From assembly GCA_035253825.1 (NCBI GenBank), contig DATFBM010000034.1, positions 24,839 to 88,838 of the forward strand: DNA of 64,000 bases, read 5' to 3'. Within the stretch, counting starts at the first letter, position 1. The number at the start of each line of letters is the position of its first letter. Below are positions 17,101 through 25,743 of this stretch, piece by piece. The notes under the pieces were generated by a model that was not told where the DNA came from, ran no database searches, and worked only from the letters and a program-made list of their open reading frames with translations. The position numbers were made by a program, and so were the translations under genes. The stretch comes from Acidimicrobiia bacterium. GTDB taxonomy: Bacteria > Actinomycetota > Acidimicrobiia > Spongiisociales > ZC4RG35.

Positions 17101-18551
17101 CGGCATTTCTTCAACCGGTGCCCGATCCACTGGGCGATCTGATTGGCCGCTACGCCCGCACTCACGGACCCTTCCAGTCAGGGACGGTCGCTTCCGCCCT
17201 CGGTCTTCCGCCTGCAGTCGTCGAGGACTCCCTCCGTTTGCTGGCCGAACAGGGAAGGGTTCTGAAGGGCTCTTTCCATCGCGGTGAGGGATGGGTCGAC
17301 GCCGAAGTGCTGCGACGGATCAAGCGACGGTCTCTGGCCGTGCTTCGACACGAGATCGAGCCGACCGAACCGGAGTCTCTGGGCAGGTTCACGCCGGCCT
17401 GGCAGGGAGCAGGCAGCAAAAGGCCGGCTCGAATCGACGTCGTCGCCGAGGTGGTCACCCAGCTTCAGGGCTACGAGGCGGCGGCCTCGGTATGGGAACG
17501 GGAGATCCTCGCTGCCCGGGTGGGCGAGGCTCCGGCCTTGCTCGATCGCCTTTTGATGGACGGTGAGGTGCTCTGGGCGGGACGGGGCACCCTGGGGGGA
17601 CGCGATGGGAAACTGGCTCTTTATCGGCGCAAGGATTTCTCCCAACTCTGGTTCCCGGTCGAGGCGACCTTCGCTGACGACGGCGCCCACTACGCCCTCC
17701 GTCATTTCCTGGGAAGTAACGGCGCCTCCTTCTTCTACGACATCTACCAAGCAGTCGGCCCATCGGTGGATGGGGATCCTTCCCGGTTGCTCGAGGACCT
17801 ATGGGACTTGGTCTGGGCGGGACTGGTCACCAATGACAGCCTGGCGCCCGTCCGGGCTTACACCCAAAGTCGGGGCGGGCAGCGGGCGCCGGGCCGACGT
17901 CCCCTGGCATCGTCCTTCCCAGCCCACGCCGGCGGTCGTTGGTCACTCCTGCCTCTCGCCGAACCCGACCCCACCGGAGCCGCCACCACCTGGGCCAATG
18001 TTCTTCTCAACCGCTACGGAGTCATCACCCGTGCTCACGTCGCTGCGGAAGGACTTCCCGGCGGTTACACCCGCCTCTACCCGGTTCTCTCCAAGATGGA
18101 GGAGGTCGGCAAGGTGAGAAGGGGGTATTTCATAGAAGGATTAGGTGGGGCACAGTTCGCCCTTCCGGGAGCGGTCGACCGCCTGCGAGGAGTCGAACGA
18201 TCCCAGATCCTCGGCCTGGCAGCCACCGACCCCGCCAATCCCTACGGGGCTGCGCTTCCCTGGCCCGTGCGGGAGGTTCGTTTCCAGCGCGCGTCGGGAT
18301 CCTATGTCGTCCTCGGCGACGGCAACCTTCTCGCCTACCTCGATCGCGGAGGCCGCCGCCTCGCGTTGTTCACCGACGGCATGGAATCCTACGGCGAGAT
18401 CGCCCGCGAGGTGGCGGCGATTGCGGGAAGACAGCGTCGGCTGCGGATCGAACGAATCAACGACCATCCGGCCCAATCGGCGCCCTTCGGGTCCGCTCTC
18501 ACCGAGTGGGGGTTTGTGCCGGCGCCCCAGGGCCTCGCCTATCGAGGCTGA
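14193..18551 (+). CDS. lhr: Large ATP-dependent helicase Lhr.
   Basis: Walker A HAPTGSGKT near the N-terminus and DEVH-box helicase motifs; 1452 aa, consistent with Lhr. Confidence 0.9.
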   Translation: MDPLNHFHPATAAWFRASFPRPTLAQEEGWRHIAAGSHTLIHAPTGSGKTLAAFLWVLDRLLHEPLPPPQARCRVLYISPMKALAYDVDRNLRAPLAGIRHAATRLGRDHLPELSTFLRTGDTPPADRQRMLRHPPDILITTPESLFLLLTSEARKVLASVRWVIVDEVHAVASHKRGAHLAISLERLEELTEVPPQRIGLSATQRPLQTIAEFLGGGTVVDDDYQPRPVAIADAPAPRPLDLEVIVPVEDMSAPAPIDPLDPEASRSPSIWPAIYPEILELIGQHRSTIVFANSRRLAERICAQINELAGEEISRAHHGSVSREQRILIEESLKRGELRAVVATSSLELGIDMGAVDLVIQVEAPVSVASGLQRVGRSGHHVGGESRARILPKYRGDLLTSVVIARQMLEGDIEETVIPRNPLDVLSQHLVAAVVTGPRTADDLYDLMRRARPFSTLGRPVFEATLDMLAGRYPSDLFAELRARVNWDRTDGTITARPGARQLVVANAGTIPDRGLFRVVLPDGSRVGELDEEMVYESRVGDAIVLGASTWRVSDIGPERVEVVPDPGAAGARLPFWKGDVQGRSLATGRRIGRFVREMSRLPDPSGPLMTDYNLDEFAAGNLAAYLAEEKEATGLLPTDQTLVLERFRDEIGDWRVTLLSPLGARIHAPWAMALTQKLRSRFGTDMDVIWADDGIAFRFPDSDEVPGLAELTLEPEEVRELLEDHLADTALFGARFREAAGRALLLPRRRPGSRTPLWQQRRRAADLLAVARQFGMFPIMLETYREILTQDFDLPALTEVLSDLRSRKLRMVEVETTHPSPFASSLLFAFVAAFLYEADTPLAERRATALTLDRNLLASLLGEGELRDLISPEVVAMVELELQHLTPERRATSADGVVDLLRDLGPLSKDDIEVRSDLSQFSASFEELAMTGRMVAVRIAGRQCYAAAEDISRLRDGLGIPPPQGTPAAFLQPVPDPLGDLIGRYARTHGPFQSGTVASALGLPPAVVEDSLRLLAEQGRVLKGSFHRGEGWVDAEVLRRIKRRSLAVLRHEIEPTEPESLGRFTPAWQGAGSKRPARIDVVAEVVTQLQGYEAAASVWEREILAARVGEAPALLDRLLMDGEVLWAGRGTLGGRDGKLALYRRKDFSQLWFPVEATFADDGAHYALRHFLGSNGASFFYDIYQAVGPSVDGDPSRLLEDLWDLVWAGLVTNDSLAPVRAYTQSRGGQRAPGRRPLASSFPAHAGGRWSLLPLAEPDPTGAATTWANVLLNRYGVITRAHVAAEGLPGGYTRLYPVLSKMEEVGKVRRGYFIEGLGGAQFALPGAVDRLRGVERSQILGLAATDPANPYGAALPWPVREVRFQRASGSYVVLGDGNLLAYLDRGGRRLALFTDGMESYGEIAREVAAIAGRQRRLRIERINDHPAQSAPFGSALTEWGFVPAPQGLAYRG

Positions 18552-18555
18552 GCGC

Positions 18556-19545
18556 TCACAGCCACTTTCGAAAACGGGCATAGATGAGCGTGCAAAACGC
18601 CAGAAAGCCCATGACGAAAATGGTCACCCAGAACATCGACGGATCCTCGAACAATCCGACCTTGAAGTTCATGCCCATGATCCCGGCCAGCAACACCGCC
18701 GGCAGCAACAGCACCGACGCCAGCGTGAGACGCTTCATGATGTCGTTCGTGTTCTGCGCGATTTCAGTCATGTGTATGTCAAAAGAGACCGCGATCATCT
18801 CCCGGGTCGTGTTCACCTCCTCGAGGGCGTGTTCGAGTCGCTGAAGCAAGCGAAGAAAATCCGGCGCCGCCTCTGGCGACGGGAGCAACTCCGAATTGGG
18901 ATTGCTCAGAGGCGCGAAAACATCACGGTGGGGGCTCAACGCCCTCCGTAGCCTGGTGACCTGCCTGCGGAGACGGAACAAGCGATCAAGCAGCTCCGGC
19001 TTCGGGCCCGGCTTCAGCAACAGCTCGTCGACCCGATCGATTCCGTCCTGCACCGCCTCGATCTGGCGGAAGTACCCGTTGAGGTGCCAATCGAACACCA
19101 AGGCGAGGAACGACGAAGAGTTGAGCTCCCCCAGGCGGGTGTCCCGGGCAAGGGGTTCGTTGAATTCCTCGACGAGATTCAGCTCACCGTTGTGCAGCGT
19201 AGCGATCCAGTTGTCGCCCACCAGACAATGAAGCATGACGGACGTGAAGTCGGCCAGATCTTCGCGGGCGGAGAGGATGCTGATGTGCACAAAGCCTTCA
19301 TGGGCGACGAGGCTGGGTCTCGCCTGGCCCATGTCGAGGGCGTCGACGGAGCCTTCGATCCCCAGCACCGTTAGCACCGAGGCGGCATCCGCCTCCTTGA
19401 CGTTCGCATCAATCCAAAGGATCTGCTCGTCGCTGATCCCACTGGGATCAAGGTCGCTGATCCGGGTGGGGGCGTCGTCGCCGGAGACGTCATAAAGCCA
19501 TGCCTGAAGCCCGTTCTCGTTCGTGATTCCAGTTTCTTGCGCCAT
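18556..19545 (-). CDS. corA: CorA family magnesium/cobalt transporter.
   Basis: C-terminal GMNF motif followed by two TM helices. I chose the start at MAQETG; the ORF is open to 19677. Confidence 0.8.
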   Translation of the reverse strand: MAQETGITNENGLQAWLYDVSGDDAPTRISDLDPSGISDEQILWIDANVKEADAASVLTVLGIEGSVDALDMGQARPSLVAHEGFVHISILSAREDLADFTSVMLHCLVGDNWIATLHNGELNLVEEFNEPLARDTRLGELNSSSFLALVFDWHLNGYFRQIEAVQDGIDRVDELLLKPGPKPELLDRLFRLRRQVTRLRRALSPHRDVFAPLSNPNSELLPSPEAAPDFLRLLQRLEHALEEVNTTREMIAVSFDIHMTEIAQNTNDIMKRLTLASVLLLPAVLLAGIMGMNFKVGLFEDPSMFWVTIFVMGFLAFCTLIYARFRKWL

Positions 19546-19660
19546 GCCTAGAAAAACCCCAGGTAAAAATGCATGGGGCCCTGATACCCACCGCCGGAGC
19601 CGGCCAACCCTGTTCTGCGCACGCTTGCCACCTCGACCGCTCGCGCCACAGAATGTATCG

Positions 19661-20860
19661 GTGGCCCCCCAACTCACGATCCGCCCGGGTCATCCCCTGT
19701 TCCTCGACCTTCCCTGGTCCCACTCGATCGCGGCGTGGGAGCTTCCGATCCTCCTCGATCTTCCCAAGGGAATCAGCCGCCACGAGGTCCGATTCCTGTC
19801 CTTCCCCGAAGGGACCTACGTTGTCAAGGAACTCGCCACCGAACTAGCCCATAACGACTATGCGGTGTTGCGGGCGTTGGAGGCGGTGGGGGCACCGGCC
19901 GTGCACGCGGTCGGCATCGTCGAGAACCGAGCTCCCGATCGAACGGCGGAACACTCGGCGGCGCTGATCACTGCCTACGAGCCTTTCTCGTTTTCCTACC
20001 GGGAGATGCTGGCCGGGCCCGGATTCGGTGCACGACGAAGTCAGCTCCTCGACGCGTTCGCCGGCCTATTGGTGGAATTGCATCTCGCTGGCTGCTTCTG
20101 GGGTGATTGCAGCCTCTCCAACGTGCTCTATCGGTTCGACGCCGAGGCGATCGAAACGATCATGGTCGATGCCGAAACCGCTCGCATGTACGACGACGAT
20201 CTCACCGATGGGCAGCGGACCGAGGATCTCGAGATCATGGTCGAGAACGTGGCAGGAGGGATGGCCGACATTGCTGCCGAGGCGGGAGTCGATCTCGATC
20301 GAGCCGATCTGGAACTGGGTTATGACATCGCCCTGCGCTACGAAAACCTCTGGGCGGAGCTAGGCCAGGCAACGAAAATCGGAGTCGACGAGCGATTTCG
20401 GGTCACCGAGCGGGTCGAACGATTGAACCGTCTCGGCTTCGACGTCGAGGAGGTCGACCTGCTGCCCTCCCTCGATGACACCTCGGAGATGATCATCAAG
20501 GTCAGGGTCGGAAACCGTAACTTCCACACCAACCGTCTCAAGGCGTTGACAGGAATCGATGCCCTCGAGAATCAGGCCAAGGCCATCCTCGCCGATGTTC
20601 ACTATTTCTCGGCTCGACACTCAGACAGCGCCGCCACCAAATCGACCCTGGCCACTCGCTGGCGGGCAACGGAGTTCGAGCCGATGTTGTCCACGCTGAC
20701 GGCTCTCGCCGGGGTGTCGGATCCAATTCAGGCTTATTGCGACGTCCTCAATCATCGCTATCACCTGGCCAAATCGTTGGGCGCCGACGTCTCCACTGCC
20801 GACGCCCTCACCGACTGGTTGGCCAAGGGACGCCCCGGATACCCCTTCGCCTACACCTAG
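19661..20860 (+). CDS. Kinase-like fold protein (Kdo/WaaP-like, DUF4032-type).
   Basis: Catalytic-loop-like CFWGDCSLSNVL (HGD-x-N-like) and DAE (DFG-like). The start is uncertain; the ORF is open from 19523, and a GTG at 19661 would avoid overlapping the corA start. Confidence 0.45.
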   Translation: MAPQLTIRPGHPLFLDLPWSHSIAAWELPILLDLPKGISRHEVRFLSFPEGTYVVKELATELAHNDYAVLRALEAVGAPAVHAVGIVENRAPDRTAEHSAALITAYEPFSFSYREMLAGPGFGARRSQLLDAFAGLLVELHLAGCFWGDCSLSNVLYRFDAEAIETIMVDAETARMYDDDLTDGQRTEDLEIMVENVAGGMADIAAEAGVDLDRADLELGYDIALRYENLWAELGQATKIGVDERFRVTERVERLNRLGFDVEEVDLLPSLDDTSEMIIKVRVGNRNFHTNRLKALTGIDALENQAKAILADVHYFSARHSDSAATKSTLATRWRATEFEPMLSTLTALAGVSDPIQAYCDVLNHRYHLAKSLGADVSTADALTDWLAKGRPGYPFAYT

Positions 20861-22716
20861 TCGAGGTCCGCTTCCTCCAGGATCTGATAGGTGGTACTCC
20901 GACGAGCCGGGCGGCGGCCCGCCGACTTGATGGTCTCGACGAACTCCTCCGGGCTCACCTCCTGACCGTGAGCTGCCCCGGCCGAACGGGTGATGATCTC
21001 ACCCATGAGCGTCCCACCGAGGTCGTTGCATCCGGCATCGAGCAAGCGGGCTCCCCCGTCGAGTCCGAGTTTCACCCAGGAGGCCTGAATGTTGGGAATC
21101 AGACCCGCGAAGGCGATGCGGGACACCGCGTGGACCAGAACCACCTCATCCCAGGTGGGTCCAGGACGGGACTGACCGCGAAGGAAAATGGGCGCTCCCA
21201 TGTGGACGAATGGCAGCGGGACGAATTCGGTGAAGCCGCCGGTCCGGCGCTGGATCTGACGGATGACCTCGAGATGGTTGGCCCAGGCGGCGGGGTGGTC
21301 GATGTGGCCGAACATGAGGGTGGCAGTGGCGCGGAGCCCGAGTTCGTGGGCTGTGAGCATGACTTCCGCCCACTGGGCAGTTCGGATCTTGTCCGGGCAC
21401 AGGAAGCGTCGGACTGAATCGTCGAGAACTTCCGCCGCGGTCCCCGGCAAGCTCCCGAGGCCGGCGGCACGAAGCCTCTCGAGGAAGCCGCGGACAGAAA
21501 CACCGAGGGTCTCAGCCCCCTGCCAGATCTCGAGGGGGGTGAAACCGTGAATGTGCATCTCCGGGAGACGGGCCTTGATTGCCTCCACGACCCCGGCGTA
21601 GAAGTCACCCGTGAACTGGGGGTGAATCCCCCCTTGCAAGGTGACCTCGGTGGCTCCGCGTTCTGAGGCCTCGACCGCCAGTCCCACGATCCCCTCGACC
21701 GGGATGAGGTAGGGCTCCTCGCGCAGGTTGAGACTTCGGGGCCCCTTCGAAAAAGCGCAAAAGCCGCAGCGGAAATAGCACTGATTGGTGTAGTTGATAT
21801 TGCGGTTGATCACGTAGGTGACGGTTTCCCCTACCTCGAGGCGACGGAGTTCGTCGGCGACGTAAGCAACGGCGTCGACCTGATCGCCTCGGGCGCTAAA
21901 GAGGGCCTCGACTTCGTCGCGACTGGGCGAGGTCCCGGCGAGCGAGCGCTCGAGGATGGGTCGAAGCTCCCCGGCCTTGCTCAATTCAGGCGGAGCCGGC
22001 GAACCCAGCCACCCCGGGTCCATCCATTGCGCCGAGAGCCTGGCGGTCGGCACCGGAGCGGGTAGCGCCTTGCCAGGAGCCCACTCCCAACGGGGCCGAA
22101 CCACTCCCCCTCCATCGACCTGCCGCAACCAAACCGTGTAAACCGCCGGAGGGAGATGGATTCGCATTTCGTCAATCGGGCGGTGGGGAGGGAAGGCACT
22201 TCGCTCCAACAGCTGATGCGGGAAAAGGGCATCGCGGAGATCACCGATTCCCTCCCCATCCCAGTCCCGCAGCAGCAAGTCCGAGGCTCCGGCCGCCACC
22301 GCCGCCAGCGCCGAATCGACGTCGTCTACGAAGACGGAGAGCACGGTGTCGATGCCGGGCAGAGCACAGATCCTCGAGAGCTCAGCCACCCGCCCTCGTC
22401 CGCAGCGCAAGAACGCCGGCTGAACGCGGGCGACCTCGTCGAGGAGCGACTCGAATGAGGTGGCGCCGGCATCGATGCTCACTCTCCAGCCGGGCTCGTG
22501 CTCAACACCCGTCCCCGCCGCCACTACCCAGGCGGCGGCCTCGGGATCGACGGTCCCGATCGTCACCGGAAGCAGCCCACCTCCCAAGGAAGCAGTCAAC
22601 GCCTCCTGATCCGCTGGAGCCAGCTCGACCACGGTCGTTCCTTCCCGCCACCGCGATTCGGCAGCCGCCGGAGTCATCGCTTGGGCCGGGCGGAGGCGGA
22701 CAAAGGTGACGTTCAT
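20857..22716 (-). CDS. cofH: FO synthase subunit CofH (radical SAM) carrying an N-terminal extension of about 270 aa of unknown function.
   Basis: Radical SAM CxxxCxxC (CYFRCGFCAF) and conserved CofH C-terminal region. The start was chosen at the ATGA overlap with the cofG stop; the extension contains a TIM-barrel-like VFVDDVDSALAAVAAGASDLLL segment. Confidence 0.75.
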   Translation of the reverse strand: MNVTFVRLRPAQAMTPAAAESRWREGTTVVELAPADQEALTASLGGGLLPVTIGTVDPEAAAWVVAAGTGVEHEPGWRVSIDAGATSFESLLDEVARVQPAFLRCGRGRVAELSRICALPGIDTVLSVFVDDVDSALAAVAAGASDLLLRDWDGEGIGDLRDALFPHQLLERSAFPPHRPIDEMRIHLPPAVYTVWLRQVDGGGVVRPRWEWAPGKALPAPVPTARLSAQWMDPGWLGSPAPPELSKAGELRPILERSLAGTSPSRDEVEALFSARGDQVDAVAYVADELRRLEVGETVTYVINRNINYTNQCYFRCGFCAFSKGPRSLNLREEPYLIPVEGIVGLAVEASERGATEVTLQGGIHPQFTGDFYAGVVEAIKARLPEMHIHGFTPLEIWQGAETLGVSVRGFLERLRAAGLGSLPGTAAEVLDDSVRRFLCPDKIRTAQWAEVMLTAHELGLRATATLMFGHIDHPAAWANHLEVIRQIQRRTGGFTEFVPLPFVHMGAPIFLRGQSRPGPTWDEVVLVHAVSRIAFAGLIPNIQASWVKLGLDGGARLLDAGCNDLGGTLMGEIITRSAGAAHGQEVSPEEFVETIKSAGRRPARRSTTYQILEEADLD

Positions 22717-23840
22717 GCCACCGCTCCGGCTAGTTGCTCGAGCTTCCCGGCCGCTTCCCGAACTCGCGGCAACAACCCGGGATCGATCCATCGCGGCGTG
22801 ATGAATTCCGGGTAGACGGGGAGCCGGGGGGCGAGCTGGAATCCGGCGGCGGAAGTTCGGGCCTCCAGCTCGTCCAGATGTGGCCAGGGCTGTTCGGGAT
22901 TGACCCAATCGATAGTGAGCGGGCTGACTCCTCCCCAGTCGTTGATCCCGGCGTCGAGATACAGCTCGAAGTGCTCGGTGAGATTGGGGGGAACCTGAAG
23001 GTTCATGGTCGGTCCCAGGAACCAGCGGGCGACGGCGACAACGATTGCAAACCAGGCCGGGAGAGGCTCGGAGTGCCGCCTCATCGGAGTATTGGCCTTG
23101 GCGCGGAAGTTCTGGACTATCACTTCTTGTATCGATCCCCAGGTCGAACTGGCGCGCTCGAGGGCCATGATCGAATCGACGATCTCGCGGTTGTTCTCAC
23201 CGATGCCGATCAATACTCCGGTCGTGAAGGGAACCGATAGCCGGCCCGCATTGGCAATCGTCTCCAGGCGCAGGTCGGGGTCCTTGTCCGGACAATCGAA
23301 ATGAGGCATGCCAGGTTCGAGCAGTCGCCTCGAGACATTCTCGAGCATCAATCCCATCGAGGGGTTGAGGGGCCGGAGCTCGGCCATCTCGGTCAACGAC
23401 ATCAAGCCGGGGTTGGCATGAGGAAAGAGACCGGTCTCCTCCAGAACCAACCTATTCATCGCCGCCACGTAGTCGAGAGTGGTGCTTGCTCCCACCGAGT
23501 CGAGGAAGGTGCGAGCCTGCGCCCAGCGACCCTCGGGGCGATCTCCGAGTGTGAAGAGGGCCTCTGTGCATCCGTGGCGGCTGCCGGCGCGGGCCACCGC
23601 CAACACCTCGTCGGGAGTGAGATACATGCCACCTGCTCCGGGAGGCTGGGCGAAAGTGCAGTAGGTACATCGATCCCGACAGAGGGTGGTCAGCGGTATG
23701 AACACCTTGCGGCTGTAGGTGACCGTGTTCCCTTTGCCCTCATCGCGGAGACGACGCGCCTCGGCAAAGAGCAGGCCCGGATCACGCACCCCATCGAGGT
23801 AAGCCATAGCCAGCTCAGGGTCGGGGCGAGGATGGGTCAC
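22713..23840 (-). CDS. cofG: FO synthase subunit CofG (radical SAM).
   Basis: CRDRCTYCTF radical SAM motif and the CofG-type N-terminus. ATGA overlap with the upstream SDR gene. Confidence 0.8.
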   Translation of the reverse strand: MTHPRPDPELAMAYLDGVRDPGLLFAEARRLRDEGKGNTVTYSRKVFIPLTTLCRDRCTYCTFAQPPGAGGMYLTPDEVLAVARAGSRHGCTEALFTLGDRPEGRWAQARTFLDSVGASTTLDYVAAMNRLVLEETGLFPHANPGLMSLTEMAELRPLNPSMGLMLENVSRRLLEPGMPHFDCPDKDPDLRLETIANAGRLSVPFTTGVLIGIGENNREIVDSIMALERASSTWGSIQEVIVQNFRAKANTPMRRHSEPLPAWFAIVVAVARWFLGPTMNLQVPPNLTEHFELYLDAGINDWGGVSPLTIDWVNPEQPWPHLDELEARTSAAGFQLAPRLPVYPEFITPRWIDPGLLPRVREAAGKLEQLAGAVA

Positions 23841-24616
23841 GAGATGGCACTCCCTGAGGCGCCGATGACGCCGCCATCAACCGGGAGGACGACACCGGTG
23901 ATCCAGCTGGCGGCTTCGGAGGCCAGGAAGACGATGGCCCGGGCAATGTCGTCGGGCTCCCCCAAACGGCCGAGAGGGTGGCTCTTGCTCGCTTCTTCTT
24001 CCCTTCCCTCCCAGAGAGATCCGGCCAGCCGGGTTTTGACCACCCCCGGGGCGACGGCGTTGACCCGAACCACCGGAGCCAGTTCCATCGCCAGCTGGTG
24101 GGTGAAATGGGCGAGGGCAGCCTTGGAGATGTTGTAGGCGCCGAGGATGGGGGCCGGCCGCATACCGCCCACTGAGCTGACGTTCACGATCGCGCCCCCA
24201 TGGTCTGCCATCCACTGCGTGACCGCTTGCTGGCACCAAAGCAAAGGCCCTCGCTGGTTCACGGCCCACGTCTTGTCCACCGCCCCGAGATCGACAGTGA
24301 CCAAAGGCCCCGGTGCGGGATTGGTGCCGGCGTTGTTGACCAGGATGTCGCACGATCCGAAGCGTTCGATGGTGGTCGCGATCGTCCGCCGGGCGTCCTC
24401 GACGTCGTCGGCCCGGGCGGGGATTGCCTCCAGTCGATCGGCATCGGCTCCCGAATCCAGAAGCTCGGCCTTCGCTTGCTCGAGGTTGTCGGGTTTGCGG
24501 CTGGTGATCACGACTCCGTCAGCACCGGAGGCCAGCATCAGGCCGGCCGTCGCTTGCCCGATGCCGCGGCTACCGCCGGTCACGACCGCGACCTTTCCCT
24601 CCAGACGTACTTCCAT
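23837..24616 (-). CDS. Short-chain dehydrogenase/reductase (SDR) family oxidoreductase.
   Basis: VAVVTGGSRGIG cofactor motif and the YxxxK catalytic motif (YNISKAAL). Confidence 0.85.
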   Translation of the reverse strand: MEVRLEGKVAVVTGGSRGIGQATAGLMLASGADGVVITSRKPDNLEQAKAELLDSGADADRLEAIPARADDVEDARRTIATTIERFGSCDILVNNAGTNPAPGPLVTVDLGAVDKTWAVNQRGPLLWCQQAVTQWMADHGGAIVNVSSVGGMRPAPILGAYNISKAALAHFTHQLAMELAPVVRVNAVAPGVVKTRLAGSLWEGREEEASKSHPLGRLGEPDDIARAIVFLASEAASWITGVVLPVDGGVIGASGSAIS

Positions 24617-24649
24617 CGGCTTCGACGTTACCTGTGCGCGCTAGATGAG

Positions 24650-25156
24650 CTAATGGGCGCCCCGCTTGACCCCGCCGTACTTCATCCGGGTGTCCGATAC
24701 GGCCGCCGCCCGGCTGTCGGGAACGTTTACCTCGGCGCCCACCACTTCGCCGATAAAGAGAGTATGGGTGCCGAGATCGATGGCCTGACGGACCGCGCAG
24801 TCCATCCAGGCCACCGCCTCCTCAAAAACCGGAGCACCAGTCACCGCCGTGCGCACCGGCCTCCCGTTGAGCGTGCCGTTCTCGGAGACGGCGGGCTTCG
24901 AGAACTTGACAAAGACCTTGGTGTCATCCGGCGACCACAAGTTGACGCTGAATCCGCCGCCCTCGGTGATCAGGCGATGGGTGATTGCCTTGTTGTCAAC
25001 CCCGACTCCGATCAGAACCGGCTCCATGGATAGCTGGGTGACCCATGAGGCCGTCATCGCATTTTGTTCCTCGCCCGCCGCCGAGCCGATCAGGGCGAGG
25101 GCGTTGGGAATCATCCATGTCACCTGATTGAGCAGCGCTGCATCCATCGACTCCAT
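24650..25156 (-). CDS. Flavin reductase-like (FMN-binding split-barrel) protein.
   Basis: Conserved flavin-reductase-domain core (MTASWVTQLSMEPVLIGVGV...). I chose the start at MESMDAALL. Confidence 0.7.
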   Translation of the reverse strand: MESMDAALLNQVTWMIPNALALIGSAAGEEQNAMTASWVTQLSMEPVLIGVGVDNKAITHRLITEGGGFSVNLWSPDDTKVFVKFSKPAVSENGTLNGRPVRTAVTGAPVFEEAVAWMDCAVRQAIDLGTHTLFIGEVVGAEVNVPDSRAAAVSDTRMKYGGVKRGAH

Positions 25157-25206
25157 TGTGGCTCGGGAGGGCGGTAAGGGCAGCTGCCCACCTAACCTCC
25201 CCATAC

Positions 25207-25743
25207 GTGCACGTGCTAGTCGCCACCACCGGCGTCCTGCCACCGTCTGCGGTAGCCAACTTCTGCGATCTGCTGGTCGACGAGGGGTCGATCACGGTCA
25301 TGACCGTCATCCAGGTGCCGCGCACTTTCCTGGCTTCGCTCGACGACGAGGAGCGGCGTTCCCTCCTCGACGACGACTCCCGGCGAGACGAGCAGGCCGA
25401 GATGAAAGCTGCCCGCTATCTCGAAGAGCGAGGCAGGCGCATCGTCGATCCTCTGGTATCGGCGCTGGCCGCGCGCTCGCGCACCGCCACCATCCGCCTG
25501 GTGGAGGGGGATGATCCCGCCGAGGCGATCATCAGAACTGCCCATGAGCTTGCCATCGATACGATCATCATGGGAGCGACCCGCCGCCTCTTCACCGAGC
25601 AGGCCTGGACGAGTATCTCGGTGAGGGTCATGGAGCGATGTCAGGTGCCGCTGGTCCTGGTTCCCGGCACCCGAACCGAGGACACGGGCGACTTCGTGCT
25701 GACCGGTTTCGAACCAGAGCCCGCCTGGGAACCCGGCGGCTAA
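25207..25743 (+). CDS. Universal stress protein (UspA) family.
   Basis: VLVATTG...IIMGATRR...PLVLVP Usp fold motifs. I chose a GTG start to avoid overlap with the divergent gene; the ORF is open from 25156. Confidence 0.6.
   Translation: MHVLVATTGVLPPSAVANFCDLLVDEGSITVMTVIQVPRTFLASLDDEERRSLLDDDSRRDEQAEMKAARYLEERGRRIVDPLVSALAARSRTATIRLVEGDDPAEAIIRTAHELAIDTIIMGATRRLFTEQAWTSISVRVMERCQVPLVLVPGTRTEDTGDFVLTGFEPEPAWEPGG

Noticed and set aside
20857-23840. Treating cofG/cofH as a single frameshifted fbiC pseudogene
   Set aside because: The junction is a clean ATGA stop/start overlap, and both halves have intact radical-SAM motifs. Separate cofG/cofH genes are functional in many organisms. I kept this as an open question in the findings.
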